A stretch of DNA of 64,000 bases from NCBI GenBank assembly GCA_963829205.1, contig CAWHHT010000006.1, positions 217,885-281,884 on the forward strand. Reading direction: 5' to 3'. This document shows positions 51,365 through 60,549 of the stretch, piece after piece. The DNA comes from an uncultured Thermoleophilia bacterium. GTDB lineage: Bacteria > Actinomycetota > Thermoleophilia > UBA2241. A program made the position numbers and the translations under genes. Below the pieces are notes generated by a model. That model saw nothing but the letters and a program-made list of their open reading frames with translations. It was not told the DNA's origin and ran no database searches. Position 1 is the first letter of the stretch; every line of letters starts with the position of its first letter.

Positions 51365-53403
51365 CCTTGCTCCTCGCATCTCGGGGTCGCATCCTGAGGG
51401 CCCGGCGTCGCCTGCCGACACAGCCGGTCGAGCTGGTCGGCAACGTCGCCGAGGCCGAGATCGTCGAGTCTCGCTCGCGTCGGCCAGCCGCTGGCCAGGT
51501 CCCATCCGCGATGCCGGTAGTAGCTGTCCAGGATCTCGTCGAACAGCGCCTGGTCCAGTCTGCTGCCGTCGGACTTCTCCGGGTACTCGAAGACCCACTC
51601 GGCCTGCTCGTCCACCGTACGCGAGCGGCCGCTGTTGCGGATCTGCAGGGCGCGATCCAGGTTGCGGATACGCTCGCCCGCGCGGTCGAGTTCAGCCGTT
51701 GTGATGTCGAGACCCGTGAGCGGCGCCAGCATGGCAGCTTCCGCGTCTACGTCGCCGTAGTAGTCGTCAGCCGCCGCCAGCTCCTCCGCAGTATCGAACC
51801 CGTTCAGGACCCGCGGGAAGACCCAATCGCACAGCAGGAGCGAGTCCTTGACCTGGGCGCGGTCGTCGAACCACTTGGTGACGAGGGTCTTGGCCTGGAG
51901 GTGCTCAAACCCCGGGTCGAGGATGCCCGGCACGCCGAACACCCGCGTGAACGTCGCCTCCAGCTTCTGGCGCTCCACCAGCGCCGACCCGCCCTCGAAA
52001 TGTGGAGGGAACCAGCAGTGGATGTAGCCGGTCTGGTGATGGGACGTCAGCGGGTCACGCGAGTCGATGGCCCAGTGCAGCATGTCGAAGATCCACAAGG
52101 GGCTGGGCTGTGGCTCGCAGGCGCGTCCGTCTCGATGTGAAGGGAATCCCCACATCGGTTCCAGCCAGCGCGCCGTGCGCTTGACGATGTCGGGCAGATC
52201 GAGGCGGTCGCAGGCCGGCAAGAGTCCGTCCGCCAGCGCGTCCCCGAGGCCCTCGCGGTAGGCGATCATGTGGAACAGATCAAACCAGAAGTCGAGTTCC
52301 TCCGGCCTCAGAGCCATTCCCTGGATCTCGGTCACGCCGTGGTCGAGACAGGCCAGGAACCAGCAGCGGAGCGTGAGATAGCTCCAGCCGGAGAGCCCGA
52401 GAGTCTCGATGAGCAACTGCAACTCGTCGCCGCCCGTCTTGCCAAGGCCCTCGATCGCCCGGGTGCGCAGCTCGCCGGCGTAGTGCTCCTCGATGGCCGG
52501 CGTCGGGTACTGGTACCAGTTCCAGCCGCCTTCGTACGCTTCGCCGTTACACATGACGGCGATGTTCTTGCGGCCGTTCTGGCCCGGGAGCCTCTGCGCG
52601 ACGCCGTGCGAGCGCGTCGCGCAGCCAAAGGGGCAGCCGTGGGCGCACGGCACGTTCGTCGGCCCCATCGTCATCCGTACAGGGGTCTCGGTGGGGCCGG
52701 CGTGGACAAGGCGATGCACGCGCTTGCAGGCGTCGATGAAGCGCTTCGGGTCGGCGATCGGCACCGAGCCCGTCCCCCTGATGACGATCGCCTTGAGGTG
52801 TTTGCTGCCCATCACGGCGCCGAACCCTGCCATGCCGGCGCAGTTCTTCTGACGGTGATGGATGGTTGCAGAGACTACGAGGTTCTCGCCGGCCGGCCCG
52901 ATGCAGATGACTTGGGCGGCCTCGCCGTGACGCTCCTTGAGGCGCTCCTGAACGGCGAAGACGTCCTCGCCCCACAGATCGTCTGCGGGGCGCACCTCTG
53001 CCTCGCCGTCGTGCACGTAGAGGTAGCTCGGCTGGTCGGCGATGCCCTTCAGTACCACTCCGTCGAAGCCGGCGTACTTGAGCTCCGGCGTCCAGTTGCC
53101 TCCCATGCCGCTGTACGTGAACCACGGTTCGGGCAGCGTGCGGGGCGACACGGAGCAGACGGTGCCCTTACCCGACGTAGGCGCCAAGGTCCCGGAGAAG
53201 GGCCCCGTCATGAACATGAGCAGGTTGTCGGGTGAGTACGGCCCGGTGCCCGGGGCCAACTCGTCCCACGCGATGCGCGTGGCGATGCCCTTGCCGCCGA
53301 TGTAGGCCGGGACGTACTTCGCGGTCTCTTCGCTGGTGATGGCGGACGCAGACAGATCGACTCGGAGGATGCGACCAGCCCAGCCGCCGGGAGCAGCACT
53401 CAC
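51361..53403 (-). CDS. aldehyde:ferredoxin oxidoreductase (AOR) family enzyme, paralog 1
   Basis: 680 aa; GTG after AAGGAGA; GRILRVDLSAS AOR_N start, CAHGCPFGC variant cluster motif; overlaps polyferredoxin stop. Confidence 0.85.
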   Translation of the reverse strand: MSAAPGGWAGRILRVDLSASAITSEETAKYVPAYIGGKGIATRIAWDELAPGTGPYSPDNLLMFMTGPFSGTLAPTSGKGTVCSVSPRTLPEPWFTYSGMGGNWTPELKYAGFDGVVLKGIADQPSYLYVHDGEAEVRPADDLWGEDVFAVQERLKERHGEAAQVICIGPAGENLVVSATIHHRQKNCAGMAGFGAVMGSKHLKAIVIRGTGSVPIADPKRFIDACKRVHRLVHAGPTETPVRMTMGPTNVPCAHGCPFGCATRSHGVAQRLPGQNGRKNIAVMCNGEAYEGGWNWYQYPTPAIEEHYAGELRTRAIEGLGKTGGDELQLLIETLGLSGWSYLTLRCWFLACLDHGVTEIQGMALRPEELDFWFDLFHMIAYREGLGDALADGLLPACDRLDLPDIVKRTARWLEPMWGFPSHRDGRACEPQPSPLWIFDMLHWAIDSRDPLTSHHQTGYIHCWFPPHFEGGSALVERQKLEATFTRVFGVPGILDPGFEHLQAKTLVTKWFDDRAQVKDSLLLCDWVFPRVLNGFDTAEELAAADDYYGDVDAEAAMLAPLTGLDITTAELDRAGERIRNLDRALQIRNSGRSRTVDEQAEWVFEYPEKSDGSRLDQALFDEILDSYYRHRGWDLASGWPTRARLDDLGLGDVADQLDRLCRQATPGPQDATPRCEEQG

Positions 53404-53873
53404 GGCGTTCTCCTTTGCCGGTGCACCAAGGCGTCCCACGGGCACATCTCCACGCACTGAGGACCGCCGTCGATTCCCCGGCAGAGGTCGCACTTGAAGG
53501 AGACTTCGGCCGTGCCCTTCGTCTTGCGCCAGATCGGCGATCGCGGCAGGGGGCACGCTTCGGCGCAGGCGCCGCAGCCGTCGCATTCGCGCTCGTCGAT
53601 GTAGCGCGTACCGGTTTCCGGGTCAATGCACAGGGCGAGGTCCGGGTAGGGGCAAGCCTCGTAGCACTGCGCCGTCGCGCACTGGGTGCAGATCACCGCG
53701 GGGAAGGCGAAGGCGAAGTCGTCGGCTTCGATGTGGATGCGCGAGAGGTGGGCGCTGCAGGCGCCGTCGTGAACGGCGGAGCACACAAGCTCGCAGATCC
53801 TGCAGCCCCTACATAACGTTTTCTTGTGAACGACGACGCTCGATGCGTTTCTCATCGCGACAGGCATCCTCAC
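53400..53873 (-). CDS. multi-cluster [4Fe-4S] polyferredoxin, putative AOR electron-transfer subunit (AorA-like)
   Basis: 157 aa with CxxCxxCxxxC-type motifs (CRGCRICELVC, CTQCATAQCYEACP, CDGCGACAEACP, CDLCRG...C). Confidence 0.8.
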   Translation of the reverse strand: MRMPVAMRNASSVVVHKKTLCRGCRICELVCSAVHDGACSAHLSRIHIEADDFAFAFPAVICTQCATAQCYEACPYPDLALCIDPETGTRYIDERECDGCGACAEACPLPRSPIWRKTKGTAEVSFKCDLCRGIDGGPQCVEMCPWDALVHRQRRTP

Positions 53874-54047
53874 ACGTCATAATCGAGCCTAGAAGCGTCC
53901 CCTCCGCTCCACGATGGCGCAGAGCATACAAGAAATGTTGGCAAAAGAAAACGATTGCTTTCTGAAGCGCCATGTGGTGGACTCCGCGCTAGCGGTGGCC
54001 GACGGTGAGCCACCTGGGGAGCTGTGTCGGCAAGGGGAGCACGCGCC

Positions 54048-54680
54048 ATGGAGTTCCGACGGATGCTGAGCGAGACCCGCGTCGTCCCGGTCGTGGAGAT
54101 ACCACGAGTCGAGGACGCCGTGCCGCTCGCGACCGCTCTGATCGAGGGTGGCCTTCCGTGCGCCGAGATCACATTCCGCACGGCCGCGGCTGCGGCTGCG
54201 ATCGCCGCCATCAGCGCCGCCCTGCCCGCGTTTCTCGTGGGCGCCGGAACTGTCCTGACCGTGCCCCAGGCGGAGGAGGCCGTCGCGGCGGGTGCGCGAT
54301 TCCTCGTCTCGCCGGGCCTTGACGACGCCGTCGTCGGGTACGCCCGCGACAATGGCGTCGCGATGCTGCCTGGAGTCTGCACGCCGAGCGAGATCGCTCG
54401 AGCCATGTCGCATGGTCTCGATCTGATGAAGTTCTTCCCGGCCGAGGCTCTCGGCGGCCTCAGCTATCTCAAAGCCGTCGCCGCTCCGTTCGGCGCGGTG
54501 AGCTTCGTCCCGACCGGCGGTATCGGGCCGACCAACCTGTCCGCCTATCTGGAACACCCCCAGGTCGTGGCCTGCGGCGGCAGCTGGATGGTGAAGAGGC
54601 AGACGATCGCCGACGGCGACTTCGCGGCGATCACCCGGCTGACGGCCGAGGCGGTCGCGCTCGCCTCGGCGGTCGCGTGA
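54048..54680 (+). CDS. eda: 2-dehydro-3-deoxyphosphogluconate (KDPG)/KHG aldolase
   Basis: internal ATG of ORF 54024..54680; Eda family (VVPVVEI...GLPCAEITFRT...FFPAEALGG...). Confidence 0.8.
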   Translation: MEFRRMLSETRVVPVVEIPRVEDAVPLATALIEGGLPCAEITFRTAAAAAAIAAISAALPAFLVGAGTVLTVPQAEEAVAAGARFLVSPGLDDAVVGYARDNGVAMLPGVCTPSEIARAMSHGLDLMKFFPAEALGGLSYLKAVAAPFGAVSFVPTGGIGPTNLSAYLEHPQVVACGGSWMVKRQTIADGDFAAITRLTAEAVALASAVA

Positions 54681-54691
54681 AGGAGGCACTG

Positions 54692-55792
54692 ATGCACGTA
54701 GTGAGCCCCCGCGCCCCCGAGGAGTGCCGATGGGACCTCGTGGCTCTCGGAGAGGTCATGCTGCGGCTGGATCCCGGCGAGGGCCGCATCGCGACCACGC
54801 GAACGCTGCGCGTCTGCGAGGGGGGCGGTGAGTACAACGTCGCCCGCGGCCTGCGCCGATGCTTCGGCCTGCGCACGGCGGTGGTCACGGCGCTGGCCGA
54901 CAACCCAGTCGGGCGGCTCGTAGAGGACCTGATGCTGCAAGGCGGCGTCGACCAGTCGCACGTCAAGTGGGTGCCCTACGACGGTGTCGGACGGGGGGTG
55001 CGCAACGGACTCAACTTCACCGAGCGGGGGTTCGGGGTGCGCGGCGCCATCGGTTGCTCCGATCGCGGCAACACGGCGGTCAGTCAGCTACGCCCCGGAG
55101 ACGTCGACTGGGATGAGGTCTTCGCTCGCGAGGGTGCACGCTGGTTCCACTGCGGCGGGATCTTCGCGGCGCTCAGCGAGACCACCGCGGGGGTCACCGC
55201 GGAGGCGATGGCTGCGGCTCGCCGGCACGGCACCATCGTGTCCTACGATCTCAACTACCGACCCTCGTTGTGGAAGGCGATAGGCGGGCAGGAACGCGCT
55301 CGCGATGTCAACCGGGGGCTGGCTCCTCTCGTCGACGTCATGATCGGCAACGAGGAGGACTTCAGCGCCGCCCTCGGCTTCACCGTCGAGGGAGTCGACG
55401 AGAATCTGTCTGAGCTGGACCCGCGACACTTCGGACAGATGATGACCCGCGTCGGCGAGACCTACCCGAACATCCGCGTGGTCGCGACGACGCTACGCTC
55501 CGTCCGCAGCGCTTCGTGCAACGACTGGAGCGCCGTCTGCTGGGCAGACGGTCGGCTGTTCAAGTCGGTGCCCAGGCCCGGTCTCGAGATCCTCGACAGG
55601 GTGGGCGGCGGCGACTCGTTTGCCTCGGGGTTGATCTTCGGGCTCTTGTCCGGCTTCGACACGCAGAAGGCTCTGGAATACGGCGCCGCGCACGGTGCCC
55701 TCGCCATGACCACTCCAGGAGACGTTTCGATGGCGACGAGCGCCGAGGTAGAGGCACTCGTCCGCGGCGTCGGCGCAAGGGTGCAGCGATGA
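54692..55792 (+). CDS. kdgK: PfkB-family sugar kinase (2-dehydro-3-deoxygluconokinase-like)
   Basis: ATG preceded by AAGGAGG (ORF 54677..55792 frame); PfkB motifs incl. GGGDSF. Confidence 0.78.
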   Translation: MHVVSPRAPEECRWDLVALGEVMLRLDPGEGRIATTRTLRVCEGGGEYNVARGLRRCFGLRTAVVTALADNPVGRLVEDLMLQGGVDQSHVKWVPYDGVGRGVRNGLNFTERGFGVRGAIGCSDRGNTAVSQLRPGDVDWDEVFAREGARWFHCGGIFAALSETTAGVTAEAMAAARRHGTIVSYDLNYRPSLWKAIGGQERARDVNRGLAPLVDVMIGNEEDFSAALGFTVEGVDENLSELDPRHFGQMMTRVGETYPNIRVVATTLRSVRSASCNDWSAVCWADGRLFKSVPRPGLEILDRVGGGDSFASGLIFGLLSGFDTQKALEYGAAHGALAMTTPGDVSMATSAEVEALVRGVGARVQR

Positions 55793-55808
55793 CAGGGGGT
55801 GGTGGATC

Positions 55809-56903
55809 ATGACGCCGAGACGTGTCTCACTGCGCGAGGTCGCCCGCCTGGCGGGAGTCTCGTCCAGCACTGCGTCGCGTGTCTTGAGCGGATCAGACTA
55901 TCGAGTGAGCGAGTCCACCGCGGCGCGGGTGAGAGATGCCGCCCAGAAGCTCGGCTACGTCACGGACTTCGCGGCGCGAGCACTGGTCACCGGGCGTAGC
56001 ACGCTGGTCGGCGCGATCGTGCACGACATCACCGACCCGTACTTCAGCGGAGTCGTTCGTGGGCTGCAAGACGAGGCGGTCGCGGAAGGCCTGGTGGTCC
56101 TGGTCGGCAACGACGATCGCGACGCCGGCAAGCTTGAGGCGTACCTGACGATGATGTTGAGCCAGAAGCCGGCCGGCGTCGTCCTCGTCGGTGGCCAGGT
56201 CCGCGACCCTGCGAAGTCGCTCCGGGTCTTTCGGGCGGTGGACCGCCTTCGGGAGGAGGGCGTGCCTGTCGCAGCCGTCGGCCGCTACGAGCTCGACATC
56301 CCGCACGTTGCCGTGGACGACGCCGCGGCCGCCGAATGCGCCGTGGCGCACCTGATCGACATGGGTCACACACGGATCGCCTTCGTCGGCGGGCCGCTTG
56401 ACTCCACGACGGTGGAGGATCGTCACAACGGCTACCGGGCGGCGCTGAATCGTGCCGGCATCCCCGTGGACGACGATCTCGTCGTTCAGACTCCCATGTC
56501 GCTGAGGGGTGGATCCTCGGCGGCTGACCAGCTGGTCGCTTGCGGCGCCGGCTTCACGGCCGCGTTTGCGGCGACGGACGAGGTCGCGTTCGGCGTCATC
56601 TCCGGTCTGAGGGACTGTGGCCTGCGCGTGCCCGAGGACGTCAGCATCGTCGGTATGGACGACGTCCCGATGGCTTCACACGCCGACCCCCCGCTCACCA
56701 CCATCCACGTCCCGGCCAAGGAGCTGGGGCGGTCGGCGTGGCACCTCCTCTGGGCCGTCAGGGAGGGAGGCCAGGCAGCAGAGATGCAGTGCGTGCCGTT
56801 CGACCTCGTGGTCCGTTCCTCGACTGCGCCTCCGAGCGCCGCAGGCTTTGCCGGCTCTCCCTCCACCGGCAACCAGGGCACGACAGCTCGAAAGGATTGG
56901 TGA
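55809..56903 (+). CDS. LacI family transcriptional regulator
   Basis: N-terminal HTH VSLREVARLAGVSSSTASRVLSG + periplasmic-binding-like sugar domain. Confidence 0.88.
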   Translation: MTPRRVSLREVARLAGVSSSTASRVLSGSDYRVSESTAARVRDAAQKLGYVTDFAARALVTGRSTLVGAIVHDITDPYFSGVVRGLQDEAVAEGLVVLVGNDDRDAGKLEAYLTMMLSQKPAGVVLVGGQVRDPAKSLRVFRAVDRLREEGVPVAAVGRYELDIPHVAVDDAAAAECAVAHLIDMGHTRIAFVGGPLDSTTVEDRHNGYRAALNRAGIPVDDDLVVQTPMSLRGGSSAADQLVACGAGFTAAFAATDEVAFGVISGLRDCGLRVPEDVSIVGMDDVPMASHADPPLTTIHVPAKELGRSAWHLLWAVREGGQAAEMQCVPFDLVVRSSTAPPSAAGFAGSPSTGNQGTTARKDW

Positions 56904-56911
56904 CATCAGGA

Positions 56912-58258
56912 ATGGCCAGCAAGCGCACCGAAGAGCTCGTCGCCTACGATCGCGAGCACATCCTTCACGCTCAGATCCCCCTCGGTGAGAACCTGGGCGT
57001 GATCTACGACACGGCCGAGGGCGTCAGGCTGTGGGACACCGAAGGCAGGATGTACCTCGACGCCTCGTCGCAGATGGTCAGCTGCAACCTTGGCCACGGG
57101 CGTCGCGAGATCATCGAAGCGGCGCAGCAGCAGCTCGACAAGCTCCAGCATGTCGGCCAGTACTACGGGCACTCAAGCACGCCGATGGTCGAGTGCGCGA
57201 TGAAGCTTTCCACGATCACACCGGGCGACCTCGATCACTTCTGGTTCACGTCCGGCGGCGGCGAATCCACCGACGCCGCAGTGCGCCTTGCCAGACGCTA
57301 CTGGAACGCGGTCGGCCAGCCAACGAAGCAGAAGGTGATCAGCCTCTACATGAGCTACCACGGAACCGGCAACGGTCCCATGAATATGACGGGCATCCCG
57401 GCGATGCAGGCCGGCTACGGCCCCCAGGCCCCAGGCTACGTCCATATCCCGGCCTACTACTGCTACCGATGCCCGTTCGGGCTCGAGTACCCGTCGTGCG
57501 ACATGCGCTGCGCGCGGCACCTGGAGACGATCATAGAGGCTGAAGGAGCGGAGAACATCGCAGCCTTCATCGCGGAGCCCGAACTGGGAGCGTCCGGCTT
57601 CCTCGTCCCTCCGGACGAGTACTGGCCGCTGATCCGCGAGATCTGTACCAGGCACGACGTCACGATGATCGCCGACGAGGTCATGTGCGGGTTCTGCCGC
57701 ACCGGCACGATGTTCTGCATCGATCACTGGGACGTCGTCCCCGACATGATCGCCATGTCCAAGGGCATCACCAGCGGGTACCTGCCCTTCGGGGCTGTGG
57801 CCTTCAACGACAAGATCTGGGAAGGCCTTCGCGGTACGCCGCTGATGCACCAGTACACGTTCAGCGGCGCTCCGGCGCCCTGCGCTGCTGCGATGGCGGC
57901 GATCGACGTCTACGTGAACGACAAGGTGGCGGAGAACGCCACCCGCGTCGGGCAGCACATCGTCGACCGGATCGAGGCCGAGCTCATGCCGATGCCGTGC
58001 GTCGGCACGCACAGCGGCCTCGGCCTGATGCTGGCCATCGAGATCGTCGCCGACAAGCAGACCAAGGCCATGTTCGACCCGCCGCTGGCGCCGATCATGC
58101 CGCTGCTCGACGAGGCTCGCCGGCGCGGCCTGCACCTGCGTCAGATGGGCTCCAACCGGATCGTCATCGCACCGCCGTGCACGACGACGATCGCGGAGGC
58201 CGACGAGATCTTTGACATCCTCAAGCCGCTGGTGGCCGCTATCGAGGCGCCGCGATGA
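56912..58258 (+). CDS. class III (omega) aminotransferase, PLP-dependent
   Basis: internal ATG of ORF 56540..58258; 448 aa; conserved AT-III fold incl. IADEVMCGFCRTG and Schiff-base Lys region AMSKGITSG. Confidence 0.85.
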   Translation: MASKRTEELVAYDREHILHAQIPLGENLGVIYDTAEGVRLWDTEGRMYLDASSQMVSCNLGHGRREIIEAAQQQLDKLQHVGQYYGHSSTPMVECAMKLSTITPGDLDHFWFTSGGGESTDAAVRLARRYWNAVGQPTKQKVISLYMSYHGTGNGPMNMTGIPAMQAGYGPQAPGYVHIPAYYCYRCPFGLEYPSCDMRCARHLETIIEAEGAENIAAFIAEPELGASGFLVPPDEYWPLIREICTRHDVTMIADEVMCGFCRTGTMFCIDHWDVVPDMIAMSKGITSGYLPFGAVAFNDKIWEGLRGTPLMHQYTFSGAPAPCAAAMAAIDVYVNDKVAENATRVGQHIVDRIEAELMPMPCVGTHSGLGLMLAIEIVADKQTKAMFDPPLAPIMPLLDEARRRGLHLRQMGSNRIVIAPPCTTTIAEADEIFDILKPLVAAIEAPR

Positions 58259-58329
58259 CTCGACGAGCAAACGATGCAGAAGCGTCAGGAGACCATGTGC
58301 CGCGTCGCGGCACGTCCCAGGAGGAGAAC

Positions 58330-59583
58330 ATGAGCAGACGCAGGACCGTGTGGGTCGTTCTTGCCGTAGCGCTACTGGCGCTGACGGCGGCCGCCGTGCT
58401 GGCGGCGTGCGGAAGCGGGTCGTCGTCAAGCACGTCGGCGAGCTCGGGGACGGGCCAGACCAAGACGCTGACCATCGGCGTCCTCATGCCGTTCTCCGGC
58501 GACGGCGCGCTCTGGGGCCAAACGGAGCTGGCCAGCACCCAGGTGGCCGCCGAGCACATCAACGCGGCGGGGGGAGTCAAAGCCGGCAACGACACCTACA
58601 AGCTCGCGGTCAAGGCCTACGACAACCAGTGGGACCCGGCCGTCTCCGCGACCGTCGCGCGCAAGGCCGTGGCGGACGGCGTCCGCTACGTCCTGTCGTG
58701 GTCGGGCCCGGAGGTCCTCGCCGAGAACGCTGCCACGCGGGGGACGACCGTTCTCACGTTCGTCACCGCTTCCGACGCGATTTGCCAGGGCCCCAAGCAC
58801 CCGAACAACTACAACAGCTGGTTCTACTATCCCGACAACCTGCAGGTCCTGTACACGTACGCCAAGAAGATCCACCCCGACTTCCAGACGGTCGTGCCGA
58901 TCGTGACCGATGACGCAGTGTCGCTCCAGGAGGTCAAGTACCTCCAGCAGTACGTCACGCCGATCGGGTTCAATGTGCTTCCTGCCGTGAAGATCAGCGG
59001 CGACGAGACCGACTACTACCCTGTGCTGACCCCCCTGATCAAGAAGGGCGTGGACATCATCGACATCGCCTCGCCGGGTCCCGAGGCCGCGTCACTCATC
59101 ATCAAGCAGGCCCACGAGCTTGGCTACAAGGGCATATTCGCGCATGCCGATGCTCCCAATATCGACGACTACGCCAAGGTCGCCGGCTGGAAGGCCCTCG
59201 AGGGCTTCCTCGGGGCTCCCGTGTACACCGAGCTCTCCGCGGTGGGCAAGACCTGGCAGACGGACTACATGAAGAAGACGCAAGGCGACAAGTCGACCGG
59301 CCCCACAGCCGACTACGACAGCATCCTGCTGCTGGCGGCAGCGATCACGAAGGCCGGCACGGTCGACGCGGATGCCGTCAACAAGGCTCTGCCGACGGTG
59401 AGCGTCGAGGGCACCACCGGCAAGACGATGTTCGGCGGCGCCGACGTGCTCGGCATCCCTCATCTTCTGGAGCGGCCCATAGGCGTCGTTCAAGTCGAGA
59501 ACGGCAAGATCGTGAACGTCTACACGGGCTGGCCTGCTCGCATCAGTGCGACCATGTCGCCGTCGCCGTCGCCGGCACAGTGA
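58330..59583 (+). CDS. ABC transporter substrate-binding lipoprotein (Liv/Peripla_BP_6 family)
   Basis: ATG after GGAGGAGAAC; lipobox LAAC; type-I PBP fold. Confidence 0.8.
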   Translation: MSRRRTVWVVLAVALLALTAAAVLAACGSGSSSSTSASSGTGQTKTLTIGVLMPFSGDGALWGQTELASTQVAAEHINAAGGVKAGNDTYKLAVKAYDNQWDPAVSATVARKAVADGVRYVLSWSGPEVLAENAATRGTTVLTFVTASDAICQGPKHPNNYNSWFYYPDNLQVLYTYAKKIHPDFQTVVPIVTDDAVSLQEVKYLQQYVTPIGFNVLPAVKISGDETDYYPVLTPLIKKGVDIIDIASPGPEAASLIIKQAHELGYKGIFAHADAPNIDDYAKVAGWKALEGFLGAPVYTELSAVGKTWQTDYMKKTQGDKSTGPTADYDSILLLAAAITKAGTVDADAVNKALPTVSVEGTTGKTMFGGADVLGIPHLLERPIGVVQVENGKIVNVYTGWPARISATMSPSPSPAQ

Positions 59584-59700
59584 CGGGAGCAAAGCTGGAG
59601 CTCAGGTAGGTACCCGGCCCGGCGCTCCGCCTGGCGCCACCACGACCGTGCGTCGGTCGCATGGCGGCAGGCGGAGCGCCGGGCCTCAAAGGGAGTGAGT

Positions 59701-60549
59701 ATGGCAGCACAAGTGATCGCGAACAGTATCGTCCTCGGGTTGACGCTGGCGTTGATGGGGATCGGGTTGACCCTCATCTACGGGATCCTTCTCGTCGTGA
59801 ACTTCGCCCATGGTGAGTTCTACATGCTGGGGGCCGTCTTTCTCTACTACGTGACGAGCTCCGCCGGCCTCGGCTACTGGGTCTCCGCCGCCATCGCCAT
59901 CGTCGCGGTGGGGGTCCTCGGCTGGGTCCTGGAAGTGCTGGTCTTCCGGCGCTTCCACGGCGACCTCATCGGGGGGTGCATCGCGGCTATCGCCCTGACC
60001 ATCGGCATTCAGAGCATCACCTGGGAGGTATGGGGCCCACGCACGCGCGCGGTCGCAGCTCCGGTACAAGGCCAGACCAGGATCTTCGGCGCCATCGTCA
60101 CCAACGAACGCCTGCTCATCGCCGTTGTCTCGCTGATCACGATCCTCGGCCTCGCCTGGTTCATCAAGTACGCGAAGTACGGCAAGGCGATGAGAGCCGT
60201 GTCGGAGGACAGCGAAGCGGCTCGAGTCCAGGGCATCCCTGCCATGAAGATCAGCGCTCTGGCGTTCGGCATCGCGACTGGGCTGGCGGCGCTGGCGGGC
60301 GTCCTCGTGGCCCCTACCACCTTCATCAACCCGGCGATGGGCTCGATCCCGCTGACGTTCGCCTTCATCGTCGTGATCATCGGCGGCATGGGCAGCGTCG
60401 CCGGCTCGCTCGTCGCCAGCATGATCATCGGTCTGCAGCAGAACCTCACGGCTCTGTGGCTCGGGTCCCAATGGAGCATCGGCGTGGCCTTCCTGCTCGC
60501 GATCGTCGTGCTCGTGGTGAGCCCCAAAGGGCTGATGGGCCATGACTAA
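59701..60549 (+). CDS. branched-chain-amino-acid-type ABC transporter permease (LivH-like)
   Basis: 8+ TM helices; BPD_transp_2 family. Confidence 0.85.
   Translation: MAAQVIANSIVLGLTLALMGIGLTLIYGILLVVNFAHGEFYMLGAVFLYYVTSSAGLGYWVSAAIAIVAVGVLGWVLEVLVFRRFHGDLIGGCIAAIALTIGIQSITWEVWGPRTRAVAAPVQGQTRIFGAIVTNERLLIAVVSLITILGLAWFIKYAKYGKAMRAVSEDSEAARVQGIPAMKISALAFGIATGLAALAGVLVAPTTFINPAMGSIPLTFAFIVVIIGGMGSVAGSLVASMIIGLQQNLTALWLGSQWSIGVAFLLAIVVLVVSPKGLMGHD

Noticed and set aside
53940-54000. Possible sigma54 promoter (TGGCA...TTGC) in the AOR/eda divergent region
   Set aside because: The GG-to-GC spacing is ~15 nt instead of the required 10; does not fit the -24/-12 architecture.
53889-54689. 266-aa and 178-aa minus-strand ORFs overlapping eda
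   Set aside because: - Antisense to a well-supported KDPG aldolase gene.
- No motifs; high-GC artefact.
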